DNA from: Georgenia ruanii
GTDB taxonomy: Bacteria; Actinomycetota; Actinomycetes; Actinomycetales; Actinomycetaceae
Assembly: GCF_009193175.1 (NCBI RefSeq)
Contig: NZ_VUKE01000001.1
Location: forward strand, 155,089 to 187,088
Direction: 5' to 3'
Length of the DNA: 32,000 bases
Part shown: in pieces, positions 1 through 8,867 of the stretch
How positions within the stretch are numbered: the stretch's first letter is position 1
How the letters are laid out: each line of letters begins with the position of its first letter
Translations under genes and position numbers: made by a program
Notes under the pieces: model-generated
Database searches by the model: none
Told to the model about the DNA's origin: nothing
What the model saw: the letters and a program-made list of their open reading frames with translations, nothing else

Positions 1-1116
1 GACCTGGACGGGCGCGAAGTCCTGGCCCACGACGTCCACGCCCTCGTTCTTCAGCTCGTCCAGCGCCTGCTGGACGTACTCGTTGGAGTAGGCGGTCGCC
101 GGCGGCTGCTTCGTGATGATGGTCGCGCCGGTCTCGTTGGAGGTCTCCATCGCCATCTTCACCGTCGCGTCCCACGCGGCCTGGTCGATCGTGCCGACCC
201 CGCCGGAGGCGGAGGGCCAGATGAGCTTGTTCGTCTCGTTGACCATCCACAGCTGGTGGCTCGTGCCGAGGGTGGAGCCGGCCTCGGTGACGATCGTCGC
301 GGCCTCCTCCGGGTGGTCCTTGGCGTAGACCCAGCCCTTGATCGAGGCCTTGATGAAGGCCACGGTCGTCTTCTGGTAGGCCTCGTCGGACGCCAGCCGG
401 CCGGCGTCGGCCCAGATGGCGTCCTGCAGCATCGCGGTGCCGACGTCGTTCCAGTCGATGACGGTGAAGTCCTGGGGCTGGTAGAGCTCGCCCGTCGCCG
501 GGTTCTCGGCCTCGAGCAGCTGGGCGTACTCGTTGTAGGTCATCGCCTGGGCGGCGTCGATGTCGCCGGCCAGGAAGGCGTTCATGTCGAACGCCTGGGT
601 GACCAGGGTGAAGTCGGTGACGTGGGCGCGGTTGAGCGCCGCGAAGAGCTCCCACTCGTTGCCGAAGCCCCAGCTGCCGATCGTCTTGCCCGCGAGGTCC
701 TCGACGGAGGAGATGCCCGAGTCGGCGAACGCCACCTGGAGGGTGCCGGAGCGCTCGAAGATCTGCGCGACGTCGGTGATGTTCGCGCCCTGCTCGATGG
801 ACCCGAGCACCTTGGGCACCCAGGCGATCGCGTAGTCCACCTCGCCGTTGGCCAGCGCGTCCTGCGGGACGATGTCCCCGCCGCCCTGGACGATCTCCAC
901 GTCGAGGCCGGCGTCCTTGTAGTACCCCTGGTCCACCGCCGCGTAGTAGCCGGCGAACTGGCCCTGGGTGAGCCACTGCAGCTGCAGCTTGACCGGGGTC
1001 AGGCCGGCGCTGCCGCTCGCGCCGGGCTTGGGCTCGTCGGTGGTGACCGAGCAGGCGGCCAGGGTCAGCGCCGCGGCGGCCGCGACCACGGCCGCCATGC
1101 GTCTCGTGATGGTCAT
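1..1116 (-). CDS. ABC transporter substrate-binding lipoprotein, NMT1/THI5-like (NitT/TauT family); C-terminus lies beyond the window edge
   Basis: This is my own translation of the minus strand; it is absent from the ORF track because the window truncates it. ATG at 1116..1114 is preceded by GGAAGAGG. The N-terminus MTITRRMAAVVAAAAALTLAAC is a lipoprotein signal with a lipobox Cys. The body (LQLQWLTQGQFAGYYAAVDQGYYKDAGLDVEIVQGG...) looks like NMT1/THI5-type solute-binding proteins. The frame stays open to base 1. Confidence 0.8.
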   Translation of the reverse strand, partial: MTITRRMAAVVAAAAALTLAACSVTTDEPKPGASGSAGLTPVKLQLQWLTQGQFAGYYAAVDQGYYKDAGLDVEIVQGGGDIVPQDALANGEVDYAIAWVPKVLGSIEQGANITDVAQIFERSGTLQVAFADSGISSVEDLAGKTIGSWGFGNEWELFAALNRAHVTDFTLVTQAFDMNAFLAGDIDAAQAMTYNEYAQLLEAENPATGELYQPQDFTVIDWNDVGTAMLQDAIWADAGRLASDEAYQKTTVAFIKASIKGWVYAKDHPEEAATIVTEAGSTLGTSHQLWMVNETNKLIWPSASGGVGTIDQAAWDATVKMAMETSNETGATIITKQPPATAYSNEYVQQALDELKNEGVDVVGQDFAPVQV

Positions 1117-1186
1117 GTCGTACCTCTTCCTGGGGGATGGTGTCCGGCGCCTGGCGCCCTCGGCGGGCCGAGCTCTGCTGCGGTGC

Positions 1187-1963
1187 TCATCCCCCGGCCG
1201 CCCCCAGCCCGGTCCGGCGCCGCACGACGCTCTCGAGCGCGAGGGTGACGGCGTAGAACGCCAGGCCGAGGATGATGCCGCCGACGACGAACGCCCAGGC
1301 GCGCGAGTAGTTGCTGCCCGCGGCGGCCGTCGTGATGAAGGACCCGATGCCGGTGCGCGGACCGCCGAAGTACTCGGCCACCACCGCGGAGATCACCGCG
1401 AGCGAGGAGGCGAGCCGCAGCCCGGTGAACACGAACGGCAGCGCGGTGGGGACCGTCACGGTGCGGGCCGCCTGCGCGCCGCTCACGGCGTAGACCCGCA
1501 TGAGGTCGCGGTGCACCGGCCGGACCTGCCGCAGGCCCCGGAGGGTGGTGACGAACACCGGCACGAACGCCGCGATCCCGGCCACGACCCGGCGGGCCGT
1601 CTCGGTGTCGGCGCCGAGCATCGTGTACAGCACCGGGGCGAGCGCCACGATCGGGACGACCGCCAGACCCGCGACCAGCGGGGACATCATCCGGTCCACG
1701 GCCGGGACGCTGCCCGCGACGACCGCGGCCACCACCGCGCCGAGCGCCCCGACCACCAGCCCGACGAGGGCGTTGGCGCCGGTGGCGAGGAGCGCGCGGG
1801 AGACGGTCGGCCACATGGCCACGAGCTCACGACCGATCTCCGCCGGGCTGGGCAGCAGGAAGGCGGGGATGCGGGCCACCACGACGAGTCCCTGCCAGGC
1901 CAGGAGGAGCACGACGACGGCGACGAGCGGGGCCAGCACCCGCTCCAGCGGCCGGCCGCTCAT
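1187..1963 (-). CDS. ABC transporter permease (NitT/TauT-type, BPD_transp_1-like)
   Basis: This is the C-terminal 258 aa of track ORF 1187..2629, starting MSGRPLERVLAPLVAVVVLLLAW. It is multi-TM and hydrophobic. Its ATG overlaps the upstream stop (ATGA at 1960-1963). The upstream part of the track ORF is Arg/Pro-rich out-of-frame read-through of the ATPase gene. Confidence 0.85.
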   Translation of the reverse strand: MSGRPLERVLAPLVAVVVLLLAWQGLVVVARIPAFLLPSPAEIGRELVAMWPTVSRALLATGANALVGLVVGALGAVVAAVVAGSVPAVDRMMSPLVAGLAVVPIVALAPVLYTMLGADTETARRVVAGIAAFVPVFVTTLRGLRQVRPVHRDLMRVYAVSGAQAARTVTVPTALPFVFTGLRLASSLAVISAVVAEYFGGPRTGIGSFITTAAAGSNYSRAWAFVVGGIILGLAFYAVTLALESVVRRRTGLGAAGG

Positions 1964-2781
1964 CGGGTCTCGACCCCGCGCACGGGCGCCGGGCTGCCGG
2001 CGTGCAGCACCGCGCGCACCCGGCGCACGGCGTCGAAGTACGCATCCTCCTCGCGCAGCTGCTCCGCGCCGCCCCGGCGGTCCAGCGCGACGTCGACGAC
2101 CTCCCGGATCCGGCCGGGCCGGGGCGACATCACGACCACCCGGTCGGAGAGGTACACGGCCTCGGGGATGGAGTGGGTGACGAAGACGACGGCGGCGCCG
2201 GTCTCGACGCAGATGCGCACCAGCTCGGTCTGCAGGCGTTCCCGGGTCATCTCGTCCAGGGCGCCGAAGGGCTCGTCCATGAGGAGCAGGCTGGGCCGCT
2301 CGGCGAGGGCCCGGCCGATGGCCACGCGCTGCTGCATGCCGCCGGAGAGCTGGTCCGGGAAGTGCTCGGCGAAGTCGGACAGCCCCACGAGCGCCAGCAG
2401 CTCCTCGGCGCGGTCCCGGCAGGCCCGCTTGTCGGTGCCGTGCAGGGCCAGCGGCAGCTCGACGTTCGCCCGCACCGTGCGCCACGGCAGCAGCCCGGCC
2501 TGCTGGAACGCGATGCCGTAGTCGTGGGCGAGCCGGGCCTGCTCGGCACCGCGACCGAAGACGCTGATGCGCCCGGTCGTGGGCCGGTCGAGGTCGGCGA
2601 TGAGCCGCAGCAGGGTGCTCTTGCCGCATCCCGACGGGCCGATGAGCGAGACGAACTCGCCGGCGTGGACGGCCAGCTCGATGCCCTCCAGCGCGACGAC
2701 CGCGGCCGGGCCGGTGCCGAAGACCCGGCCGACGCCGTCGACCTGGACGGCCACCGCCGTCGGGTCCCCGACCCCGTTCAC
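1960..2781 (-). CDS. ABC transporter ATP-binding protein
   Basis: Walker A GPSGCGKST, signature LSGGMQQR and Walker B LLMDEP are present. The GTG start at 2781 overlaps the upstream stop (GTGA) and is in frame with track ORF 1960..3588. Confidence 0.9.
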   Translation of the reverse strand: MNGVGDPTAVAVQVDGVGRVFGTGPAAVVALEGIELAVHAGEFVSLIGPSGCGKSTLLRLIADLDRPTTGRISVFGRGAEQARLAHDYGIAFQQAGLLPWRTVRANVELPLALHGTDKRACRDRAEELLALVGLSDFAEHFPDQLSGGMQQRVAIGRALAERPSLLLMDEPFGALDEMTRERLQTELVRICVETGAAVVFVTHSIPEAVYLSDRVVVMSPRPGRIREVVDVALDRRGGAEQLREEDAYFDAVRRVRAVLHAGSPAPVRGVETR

Positions 2782-3752
2782 GCCGGCACCTCCGTCCGTC
2801 GGAACCGGCGCAGGGCGACGCCGAGGGCCGCGACGATGCCGGCGGTGACGAGGCCGAGCAGCACCGCGCCGAGCAGCGGCGCCCAGGGCCGGGCCGGGGC
2901 GCTGGAGGCGAAGTTGGCGAACTCGACGATCATGCGGCCCACCCCGCCGGGCAGGCCGGTGGAGACCTCGGCGACGACCGTGCCGACCACCGCGTTGGCC
3001 CCGGCCAGGCGCAGCGCCGGCAGCAGGTACGGCACGCTGGCGGGCAGGCGCAGCCGGCCCAGGGTCTGCCACCAGCCGGCGCCGTAGGAGCGCATGAGGT
3101 CGGTGTGGATGGCGTCCGGGGACTGCAGACCGCGCAGCGCGCCGACGGCCACCGGGAAGAACGCGAGGTAGGCCGCGATGACCGCCACCGACATCCAGGC
3201 GTCCCACTCCCACGGGCCCACCCGGATCCTGCTGCCCCAGCTGCTCACGACCGGGGCGAGGGCGATGAGCGGCACCGTCTGGCTGAGCACCACCAGCGGC
3301 AGGAACGCGGACTCCGCGATGCGCACGCGCTGCATGGCCAGGGCGAGGAAAAAGCCGACCACCACGCCGATCGCCCAGCTCAGCAGGGCGATGGCGAAGC
3401 TCAGCCCGCACGCCCGCAGCACCGCCACGGCCAGGGCCGGCGCGCCGGTCGCCGAGCTGAGCGGGGTGCCGAGCTCGGTCGCCATTTCCCACACGTGCGG
3501 CATGGCGAGGTCGGTGGTCCGCGGCAGCACCCGCGCACCCGCCAGGCTCCAGCCGTCGGCCGGGCCGAGGAGCTTGTACAGCTCCCACACCGCCGCCAGC
3601 ACGAGGACGCCGAGGAGGCCGTAGGCCACCGCCCGGACCCCGGCGCGGGTCCCGCCGGCTGCCCGGGCCGACCCGGCCGTCCCCGCGAGGGCGGTGATGG
3701 CGACGGCGTCGGCGGGGCCGGCGTCGGGGGTGCCGGCGTCGGCCGCGCTCAT
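2778..3752 (-). CDS. ABC transporter permease (second membrane subunit)
   Basis: This is the C-terminal 324 aa of track ORF 2778..4688, from MSAADAGTPDAG. It is multi-TM (…VLVLAAVWELYKLL…, …LPLVVLSQTVPLIALAPV…). The ATG at 3752 overlaps the stop of the upstream LLM gene (ATGA). Confidence 0.85.
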   Translation of the reverse strand: MSAADAGTPDAGPADAVAITALAGTAGSARAAGGTRAGVRAVAYGLLGVLVLAAVWELYKLLGPADGWSLAGARVLPRTTDLAMPHVWEMATELGTPLSSATGAPALAVAVLRACGLSFAIALLSWAIGVVVGFFLALAMQRVRIAESAFLPLVVLSQTVPLIALAPVVSSWGSRIRVGPWEWDAWMSVAVIAAYLAFFPVAVGALRGLQSPDAIHTDLMRSYGAGWWQTLGRLRLPASVPYLLPALRLAGANAVVGTVVAEVSTGLPGGVGRMIVEFANFASSAPARPWAPLLGAVLLGLVTAGIVAALGVALRRFRRTEVPA

Positions 3753-4780
3753 GCCTTGGCCAGCACGGTGGCGCGCATCGCGGGGATCACGTGCTCGCCG
3801 TAGACCCGGAGGGTCTCCTCCTTGTTGTCGTGCATGAGGTACCCGGCGAACTGGGTGACGCCGAGCTCGCGCAGCTCCCGCAGCCGGGCCACGTGCTCCG
3901 TGGGGGTGCCCAGCAGGCAGAACCGCTCGACGACCTCGTCCGGCACGAACGCGGTGTGGGTGTTCCCGGCCCGGCCGTGCTCGTTGTAGTCGTACCCCCG
4001 GCGCCCGGCGATGTAGTCGGTCAGCGCCCGCGGCAGCGTGGACCCCTCGCCGTAGCGGGCCACGAGGTCGGCGACGTGGTTGCCGACCATGCCGCCGAAC
4101 CACCGGGTCTGGTCGCGCATGTGGGCCCGCACGGCCGGGTCGTCGCCGTCGCCGATGTACATCGGCGCGGCCACGCAGAACTCGAGGCTGTCCGGGTCGC
4201 GGCCGGCCCGCTCGGCGGCCTCCTTGACGGCGCCGACGGTCCAGGCGGTGACGTCCGGGTCGGCGAGCTGGAGGATGAACCCGTCCCCGACCTCGCCGGC
4301 CAGGGCGAGCGCCTTGGGGCCGTAGCCGGCCACCCACACCTCGAGGGTGGAGCCGGTGGACCACGGGAAGCGCAGCGTCGCGCCGTTGTGCTCGACGGCG
4401 CGGGAGCTGGCGAGCTCGCGGATAACGTGGACCGCCCGGCGCAGCTCCTCCAGGCTCGTGGGCCGGCCGTTGAGCACGCGCACGGCGGAGTCGCCCCGGC
4501 CGATCCCGCACACCGTGCGGTTGCCGAACATCTCGTTGAGGGTGGCGAAGGCCGACGCCGTCACGGTCACGTCCCGCGTGGCCGGGTTGGTCACCATCGG
4601 CCCGACCCGGACCTTGCGGGTGGCCGCGAGGATCTGGCTGTAGACCACGTACGGCTCCTGCCACAGCAGGTGGGAGTCGAACGTCCACACGTAGTCGAAG
4701 CCCTGCGTCTCCGCCTGCCGGGCGAGGTCGACGACCCGCGAGGCGGGCGGGTTGTTCTGCAGGACGACACCGAAGTCCAT
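3749..4780 (-). CDS. Luciferase-like monooxygenase (LLM) class oxidoreductase, probably F420-dependent (resembles the TIGR03842-type family found next to hydantoinases)
   Basis: Track ORF 3749..4804. It has an LLM/TIM-barrel style sequence (MDFGVVLQNNPP…GFDYVWTFDSHLLWQEPY…GIGRGDSAVR…). I prefer the ATG at 4780 (MDFGVV), which is preceded by GGGGGAG. The 4804 start would overlap the dihydropyrimidinase gene by 8 nt. Confidence 0.8.
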   Translation of the reverse strand: MDFGVVLQNNPPASRVVDLARQAETQGFDYVWTFDSHLLWQEPYVVYSQILAATRKVRVGPMVTNPATRDVTVTASAFATLNEMFGNRTVCGIGRGDSAVRVLNGRPTSLEELRRAVHVIRELASSRAVEHNGATLRFPWSTGSTLEVWVAGYGPKALALAGEVGDGFILQLADPDVTAWTVGAVKEAAERAGRDPDSLEFCVAAPMYIGDGDDPAVRAHMRDQTRWFGGMVGNHVADLVARYGEGSTLPRALTDYIAGRRGYDYNEHGRAGNTHTAFVPDEVVERFCLLGTPTEHVARLRELRELGVTQFAGYLMHDNKEETLRVYGEHVIPAMRATVLAKA

Positions 4781-4796
4781 GCGCGTCTCCCCCGAC

Positions 4797-6215
4797 TCAG
4801 ACAAGGTACTGCGACAGGCCGCGGGCGAGGTAGCGGCCGTGGCCCACCCGCCCGCGGAACTCGCCGTCGTCGACGAGGACGGCGCCGCGGGAGATCACCG
4901 TGTCGACGTGGCCGTCGATCTCGAAGCCCTCCCAGGCGGAGTAGTCCATGTTCATGTGGTGGGTCTTGCCCAGCCCGATGCTCGTGTGCCCGTTCGGGTC
5001 GTAGACGACGACGTCGCCGTCGGCCCCGGGGGCGATGACGCCCTTCTGGCCGTTCAGGCCGAACATCCGCGCCGGCGTCACGCAGCACAGCTCGACCCAG
5101 CGCTCGAGGGAGATCTCGCCGGTGACCACGCCCTGGTAGAGCAGGTCCATCCGGTGCTCCACCGAGCCGATGCCGTTGGGGATCTTCGAGAAGTCCCCGC
5201 GGCCCAGCTCCTTCTGGTCCTTCATGCAGAACGGGCAGTGGTCGGTGGAGACGACCTGGAGGTCGTTGGTGCGCAGGGCCTGCCACATGTGGTGCTGGTG
5301 CCCCTCGGCCCGCGAGCGCAGCGGGGTGGAGCACACCCACTTCGCGCCCTCGAAGCCGGGCGCGCCGAGCTGTTCCTCGAGGGAGAGGTAGAGGTACTGC
5401 GGGCAGGTCTCGCCGAAGACGTTCTGGCCCCGGTCGCGGGCGGCGGCGATCTGCTCGACGGCCTGCCTGGCCGAGACGTGGACGACGTACAGCGGGGCGC
5501 CGGTGAGGTTCGCCAGCATGATCAGCCGGTGCGTGGCCTCCTCCTCGGCCTGCCAGGGGCGGGTGAGCCCGTGGTAGATCGGGGCCGTCTCGCCCCGGGC
5601 GAGGGCCTGCTGGACGAGGACGTCGATGACGGAGCCGTTCTCGGCGTGGCCCATCATCATCGCGCCGGTGGCCGCGGCCCGCTGCATCGCGGTGAGGATC
5701 TGGCCGTCGTCGGAGAGGAACACCCCCTTGTAGGCGGTGAAGACCTTGAAGCTCGTCACGCCCTCGGCCACGAGCTCGTCCATGGCGTCGAGGGAGGCGG
5801 GCTGGATGTCCGAGAGGATCTGGTGGAAGCCGTAGTCGACGGCGCAGCGGCCGGCGGCCTTCTCGTGCCACAGGGCGTACTGGTCGAGCGGGTTCTGCCC
5901 GGGGTACTGGACGACGAAGTCCACGATCGTCGTCGTCCCGCCCCAGGCGGCCGCCACGGTGCCGGTCTCGAAGGTGTCCGAGGCGAAGGTGCCACCGAAG
6001 GGCATCTCCATGTGGGTGTGGGCGTCGATGCCGCCGGGAATGACGTACTTGCCGGTGGCGTCGATGACGACGTCGACGTGCGCCGCGACGTCGAAGCCGA
6101 GCAGGGTCGAGCCGGGGGCGAGGACCGCGGCGATCGTCTCGCCGTCGATGAGCACGTCGGCCCGGGCGCGGCCGGTGGCGTTGACGACCGTCCCGCCGGT
6201 GATGAGGGTCTTCAC
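4797..6215 (-). CDS. hydA: Dihydropyrimidinase / D-hydantoinase (cyclic amidohydrolase)
   Basis: 472 aa. The metal-binding GGIDAHTHMEMPF motif and the overall sequence (MKTLITGGTVVNATG…DGETIAAV…) are typical of dihydropyrimidinases/hydantoinases. Confidence 0.9.
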   Translation of the reverse strand: MKTLITGGTVVNATGRARADVLIDGETIAAVLAPGSTLLGFDVAAHVDVVIDATGKYVIPGGIDAHTHMEMPFGGTFASDTFETGTVAAAWGGTTTIVDFVVQYPGQNPLDQYALWHEKAAGRCAVDYGFHQILSDIQPASLDAMDELVAEGVTSFKVFTAYKGVFLSDDGQILTAMQRAAATGAMMMGHAENGSVIDVLVQQALARGETAPIYHGLTRPWQAEEEATHRLIMLANLTGAPLYVVHVSARQAVEQIAAARDRGQNVFGETCPQYLYLSLEEQLGAPGFEGAKWVCSTPLRSRAEGHQHHMWQALRTNDLQVVSTDHCPFCMKDQKELGRGDFSKIPNGIGSVEHRMDLLYQGVVTGEISLERWVELCCVTPARMFGLNGQKGVIAPGADGDVVVYDPNGHTSIGLGKTHHMNMDYSAWEGFEIDGHVDTVISRGAVLVDDGEFRGRVGHGRYLARGLSQYLV

Positions 6216-6229
6216 GGGTGCGCCCCCGC

Positions 6230-7078
6230 TCAGCGCGCCGTGATGGCGGCGTAGGAGTCCGGGCGGCGGTCGCGGTAGAACTGCCAGCGCTCGCGCACCT
6301 CGCGGATGAGGTCGAGGTCGATCTCCCAGACCTTGACCTCCGCCTCGGTGCTCGAGGCCCAGTCGCCGACGAACATGCCGTCGGGCCCGACGACGTAGGA
6401 GCTGCCGTAGAAGGTCACGGCCTCGTCGCCGTACTCGTTGGTCTCCGCGCCCACCCGGTTGGCGGCGGCGACGAAGTAGCCGTTGGCCAGCGCGGCGGCC
6501 GGCTGCTCGAGCTCCCAGTTGCGGTTGGAGATGCCCGGGGCGGTGGCGTTGGGGTTGAAGACGATCTCGGCGCCGCCCAGGCCCAGTTCGCGCCAGCCCT
6601 CGGGGAAGTGCCGGTCGTAGCAGATGTACACGCCGACCTTGCCCACCGCGGTGTCGAAGACGGGATAGCCGAGGTTGCCCGGGCGGAAGTAGAACTTCTC
6701 CCAGAACTTGGGCAGGTGGGGCAGGTGGTGCTTGCGGTAGGTGCCGAGGACGGCGCCGTCGGCGTCGATGACCGCGGCGCTGTTGTAGTAGACGCCGGGC
6801 TGGTCCTCCTCGTAGAGGGGCAGGACGATCACGATGCCCAGCTCCTTGGCCAGCGCGCTGAACCGCTCGGTCGTGGGCCCGGGGATCGGCTCGGCGTACC
6901 GGTAGTACTTCGGGTCCTGGGTGATGCCGAAGTACGGGCCGGTGAAGAGCTCCTCGTAGCAGATCGCCTGGGCGCCCTGCGCCGCCGCCTGCCGGGTGTA
7001 CTGCTCGTGGAGCGCGGTCATCGACTCCCGGTCACCGGTCCACGGCGTCTGGGTCAGCGCCACCTTCACGATCGTCAT
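6230..7078 (-). CDS. Nitrilase-superfamily carbon-nitrogen hydrolase, beta-ureidopropionase / N-carbamoyl-amino-acid amidohydrolase type
   Basis: CN-hydrolase hallmarks are present: …ICYEELF… (Glu), …YRKHHLP… (Lys) and …GVYICYDRHFPE… (Cys). ATG at 7078 lies 6 nt after GGAGGA. The track start at 7081 (GTG) is too close to the RBS. Confidence 0.8.
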   Translation of the reverse strand: MTIVKVALTQTPWTGDRESMTALHEQYTRQAAAQGAQAICYEELFTGPYFGITQDPKYYRYAEPIPGPTTERFSALAKELGIVIVLPLYEEDQPGVYYNSAAVIDADGAVLGTYRKHHLPHLPKFWEKFYFRPGNLGYPVFDTAVGKVGVYICYDRHFPEGWRELGLGGAEIVFNPNATAPGISNRNWELEQPAAALANGYFVAAANRVGAETNEYGDEAVTFYGSSYVVGPDGMFVGDWASSTEAEVKVWEIDLDLIREVRERWQFYRDRRPDSYAAITAR

Positions 7079-7195
7079 CACGGTCCTCCAGGTCGGGGCG
7101 CCGGAGCATGTGCCCGGCGGTAACTCGGGAATGCGGCAGAGCGCGGAACCAGGACTTCCCCGGCGCGTCCTTGCACCGGTTGGGGCGGGAACGTA

Positions 7196-8371
7196 TCAGA
7201 GCTCTGGCCGCCCGGTGACCGTTTCGGTGGCGGCCAGGTCGGGCAGGCGGCCACCCCGCCGTCGGCGGTCCGGCCGCCACCGCCACAGGGCCGCGCTGAC
7301 GAGCCACACGGCGAGGAGGACGCCCGCGATGACGAGGCCCGCGTGCTCGAGATCGGCCCCGGCCACCAGGGCCAGCGGCCCGTCCGCGGCCCCGGTGCGC
7401 TCGGCGACGAGCTGGAGGAGCAGGACCGTGCCGACGGTCAGCGCCGCCACGACGGACAGCACGGTCACGGTCAGCCCGTAGTACGCCCGGCGCAGCGGCA
7501 CGTCGACGGCCCACCGGTAGGCCCGGGCCATGACCACCCCGTCGGCGGCGTCGAACAGGCTCATCCCGGCGGCGAAGAGCACCGGGAGCACCAGCAGGGC
7601 GTACCAGGGCAGCGTGAGCCCGGCCGTGCCCGCCGCGAGGACCAGCAGCGCGACCTGGGTGGCGGTGTCGAACCCGAGCCCCATGAGCAGCCCGACCGGG
7701 TAGAGGTGCCAGGGCTTGCCGACCCGGCGGAGCGTCCCGCCGAGCAGGCGGGCGAGGAAGCCGCGACGGGCCAGGTGCCGCTCGAGCTGCTCCTCGTCGA
7801 GCGTCCCCTCGCGCGTGCGGCGAAGCGTCCGGAGGATGCCCGAGACGGCGGCGAGGTTGGCCAGGCCGACGAGGATGAGGAAGCCGCCGGCCACGGTCGT
7901 GCCCACCACCCCGAGCGTCTGCTGCAGCGGCGAGCCGGCGTCGGCGACCGGCCCGACGAGGGCCCGCAGCCCCAGCGCCAGCAGCAGGCACAGGACGAAG
8001 ACGACGCTCGAGTGCCCCAGGGAGAACCAGTACCCGGCGCTCACGGCCGGGCGCCCCTCGCCGACGAGCTTGCGGGTGCTGTTGTCGATCGCGGCGATGT
8101 GGTCGGCGTCGAAGGCGTGCCGCACCCCGAGGAAGTAGGCGGTGGCGCCGAGCCCGACGCCGAACACCCCGCCCGGGCCGACGGCGAGGCCGCGGGGCGC
8201 GACGACGAGGAGGAGGACCCCCCACCCCAGGAGGTGGAGCGCGAGCACGACCACCCCCATGCCGACGAGGGACCTCCGCTCGGCCGGGCCCCGGCCGGGG
8301 CCCGGTGCCGGGGGGTGCGGGCGCCACGCGCCCGCGGGGGCGCCACGGGGAGAGCTGCTCGTGCGCTGCAT
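7196..8371 (-). CDS. HoxN/HupN/NixA-family high-affinity nickel/cobalt permease (NiCoT)
   Basis: The NiCoT signature RHAFDADHIAAIDN is present, with the second conserved block LGFDTATQV, and the protein is multi-TM. ATG at 8371 is preceded by AAGGA. An internal start at 8260 (MGVVVLAL) cannot be excluded. Confidence 0.85.
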   Translation of the reverse strand: MQRTSSSPRGAPAGAWRPHPPAPGPGRGPAERRSLVGMGVVVLALHLLGWGVLLLVVAPRGLAVGPGGVFGVGLGATAYFLGVRHAFDADHIAAIDNSTRKLVGEGRPAVSAGYWFSLGHSSVVFVLCLLLALGLRALVGPVADAGSPLQQTLGVVGTTVAGGFLILVGLANLAAVSGILRTLRRTREGTLDEEQLERHLARRGFLARLLGGTLRRVGKPWHLYPVGLLMGLGFDTATQVALLVLAAGTAGLTLPWYALLVLPVLFAAGMSLFDAADGVVMARAYRWAVDVPLRRAYYGLTVTVLSVVAALTVGTVLLLQLVAERTGAADGPLALVAGADLEHAGLVIAGVLLAVWLVSAALWRWRPDRRRRGGRLPDLAATETVTGRPEL

Positions 8372-8485
8372 CCGACGTCCTTGTCGTCACGGACCAGGAT
8401 CGCTGTGCTGCTGGCCCACAGTACCGACGCCGGCGGGCGGCGTCAGCAGCGGCGCCCGGGCGGCCTCTCCCCCCGGAAGAGGCGG

Positions 8486-8514
8486 TTGCACACTCGTCGA
8501 CACGCGTCTACGTT
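8486..8514 (+). promoter_or_regulatory. Candidate sigma-70-type promoter for the hydrogenase operon (TTGCAC-N17-TACGTT)
   Basis: TTGCAC at 8486-8491, a 17-nt spacer and TACGTT at 8509-8514 lie about 20 nt upstream of the hypA ATG, in the 163-nt divergent NiCoT/hypA intergenic region. This is a pattern match only. Confidence 0.25.
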
Positions 8515-8534
8515 GGCGCGGGACAGGTGTGCTG

Positions 8535-8864
8535 ATGCACGAACTCTCGATCACCCAGAGCATCGTCGAGGCGGTTCTGGACCGCACCGGCGAGCGGAAG
8601 GTGACGGTCGTGAACCTGACGATCGGCCGGCTCTCGGGCGTCGTCCCCGACGCGGTGCGTTTCTGTTTCGACCTCGTCGCGGACGGCACCCCGCTCGCCG
8701 GCGCCGAGCTGCGCATCGAGGAACCGGTCGGGGCCGCGGTGTGCCGCTCGTGCGCGCTGGAGTTCGAGCTCGCCGACCCCATCCCGCTCTGCCGGTGCGG
8801 CAGCGCGGACGTCTCGATCCTGCGCGGCCGGGAGCTCTCGGTCACCTCGGTGAAGGTGCTGTGA
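8535..8864 (+). CDS. hypA: Hydrogenase nickel-insertion metallochaperone HypA
   Basis: The N-terminal MHELSI carries the MHE nickel-binding motif. The C-terminal Cys cluster is CRSC…CRCGS. 109 aa. The longer track ORF (8142..) is an Arg/Pro-rich upstream extension that I rejected. Confidence 0.9.
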   Translation: MHELSITQSIVEAVLDRTGERKVTVVNLTIGRLSGVVPDAVRFCFDLVADGTPLAGAELRIEEPVGAAVCRSCALEFELADPIPLCRCGSADVSILRGRELSVTSVKVL

Positions 8865-8867
8865 ACC

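Noticed and set aside
968-2521. 517-aa plus-strand ORF (and similar ones at 256..1248, 2002..3087, 3791..5038, 4752..6254 and 6218..7123) across the pyrimidine operon
   Set aside because: These are Arg/Gly/His/Asp-rich nonsense-like translations, opposite well-supported minus-strand genes with overlapping stop/start coupling.
8142-8534. Long N-terminal extension of hypA in the ORF track (240 aa)
   Set aside because: The extension is Arg/Pro-rich and overlaps the NiCoT gene and the divergent promoter region. HypA proteins start with MHE, which is found at 8535.
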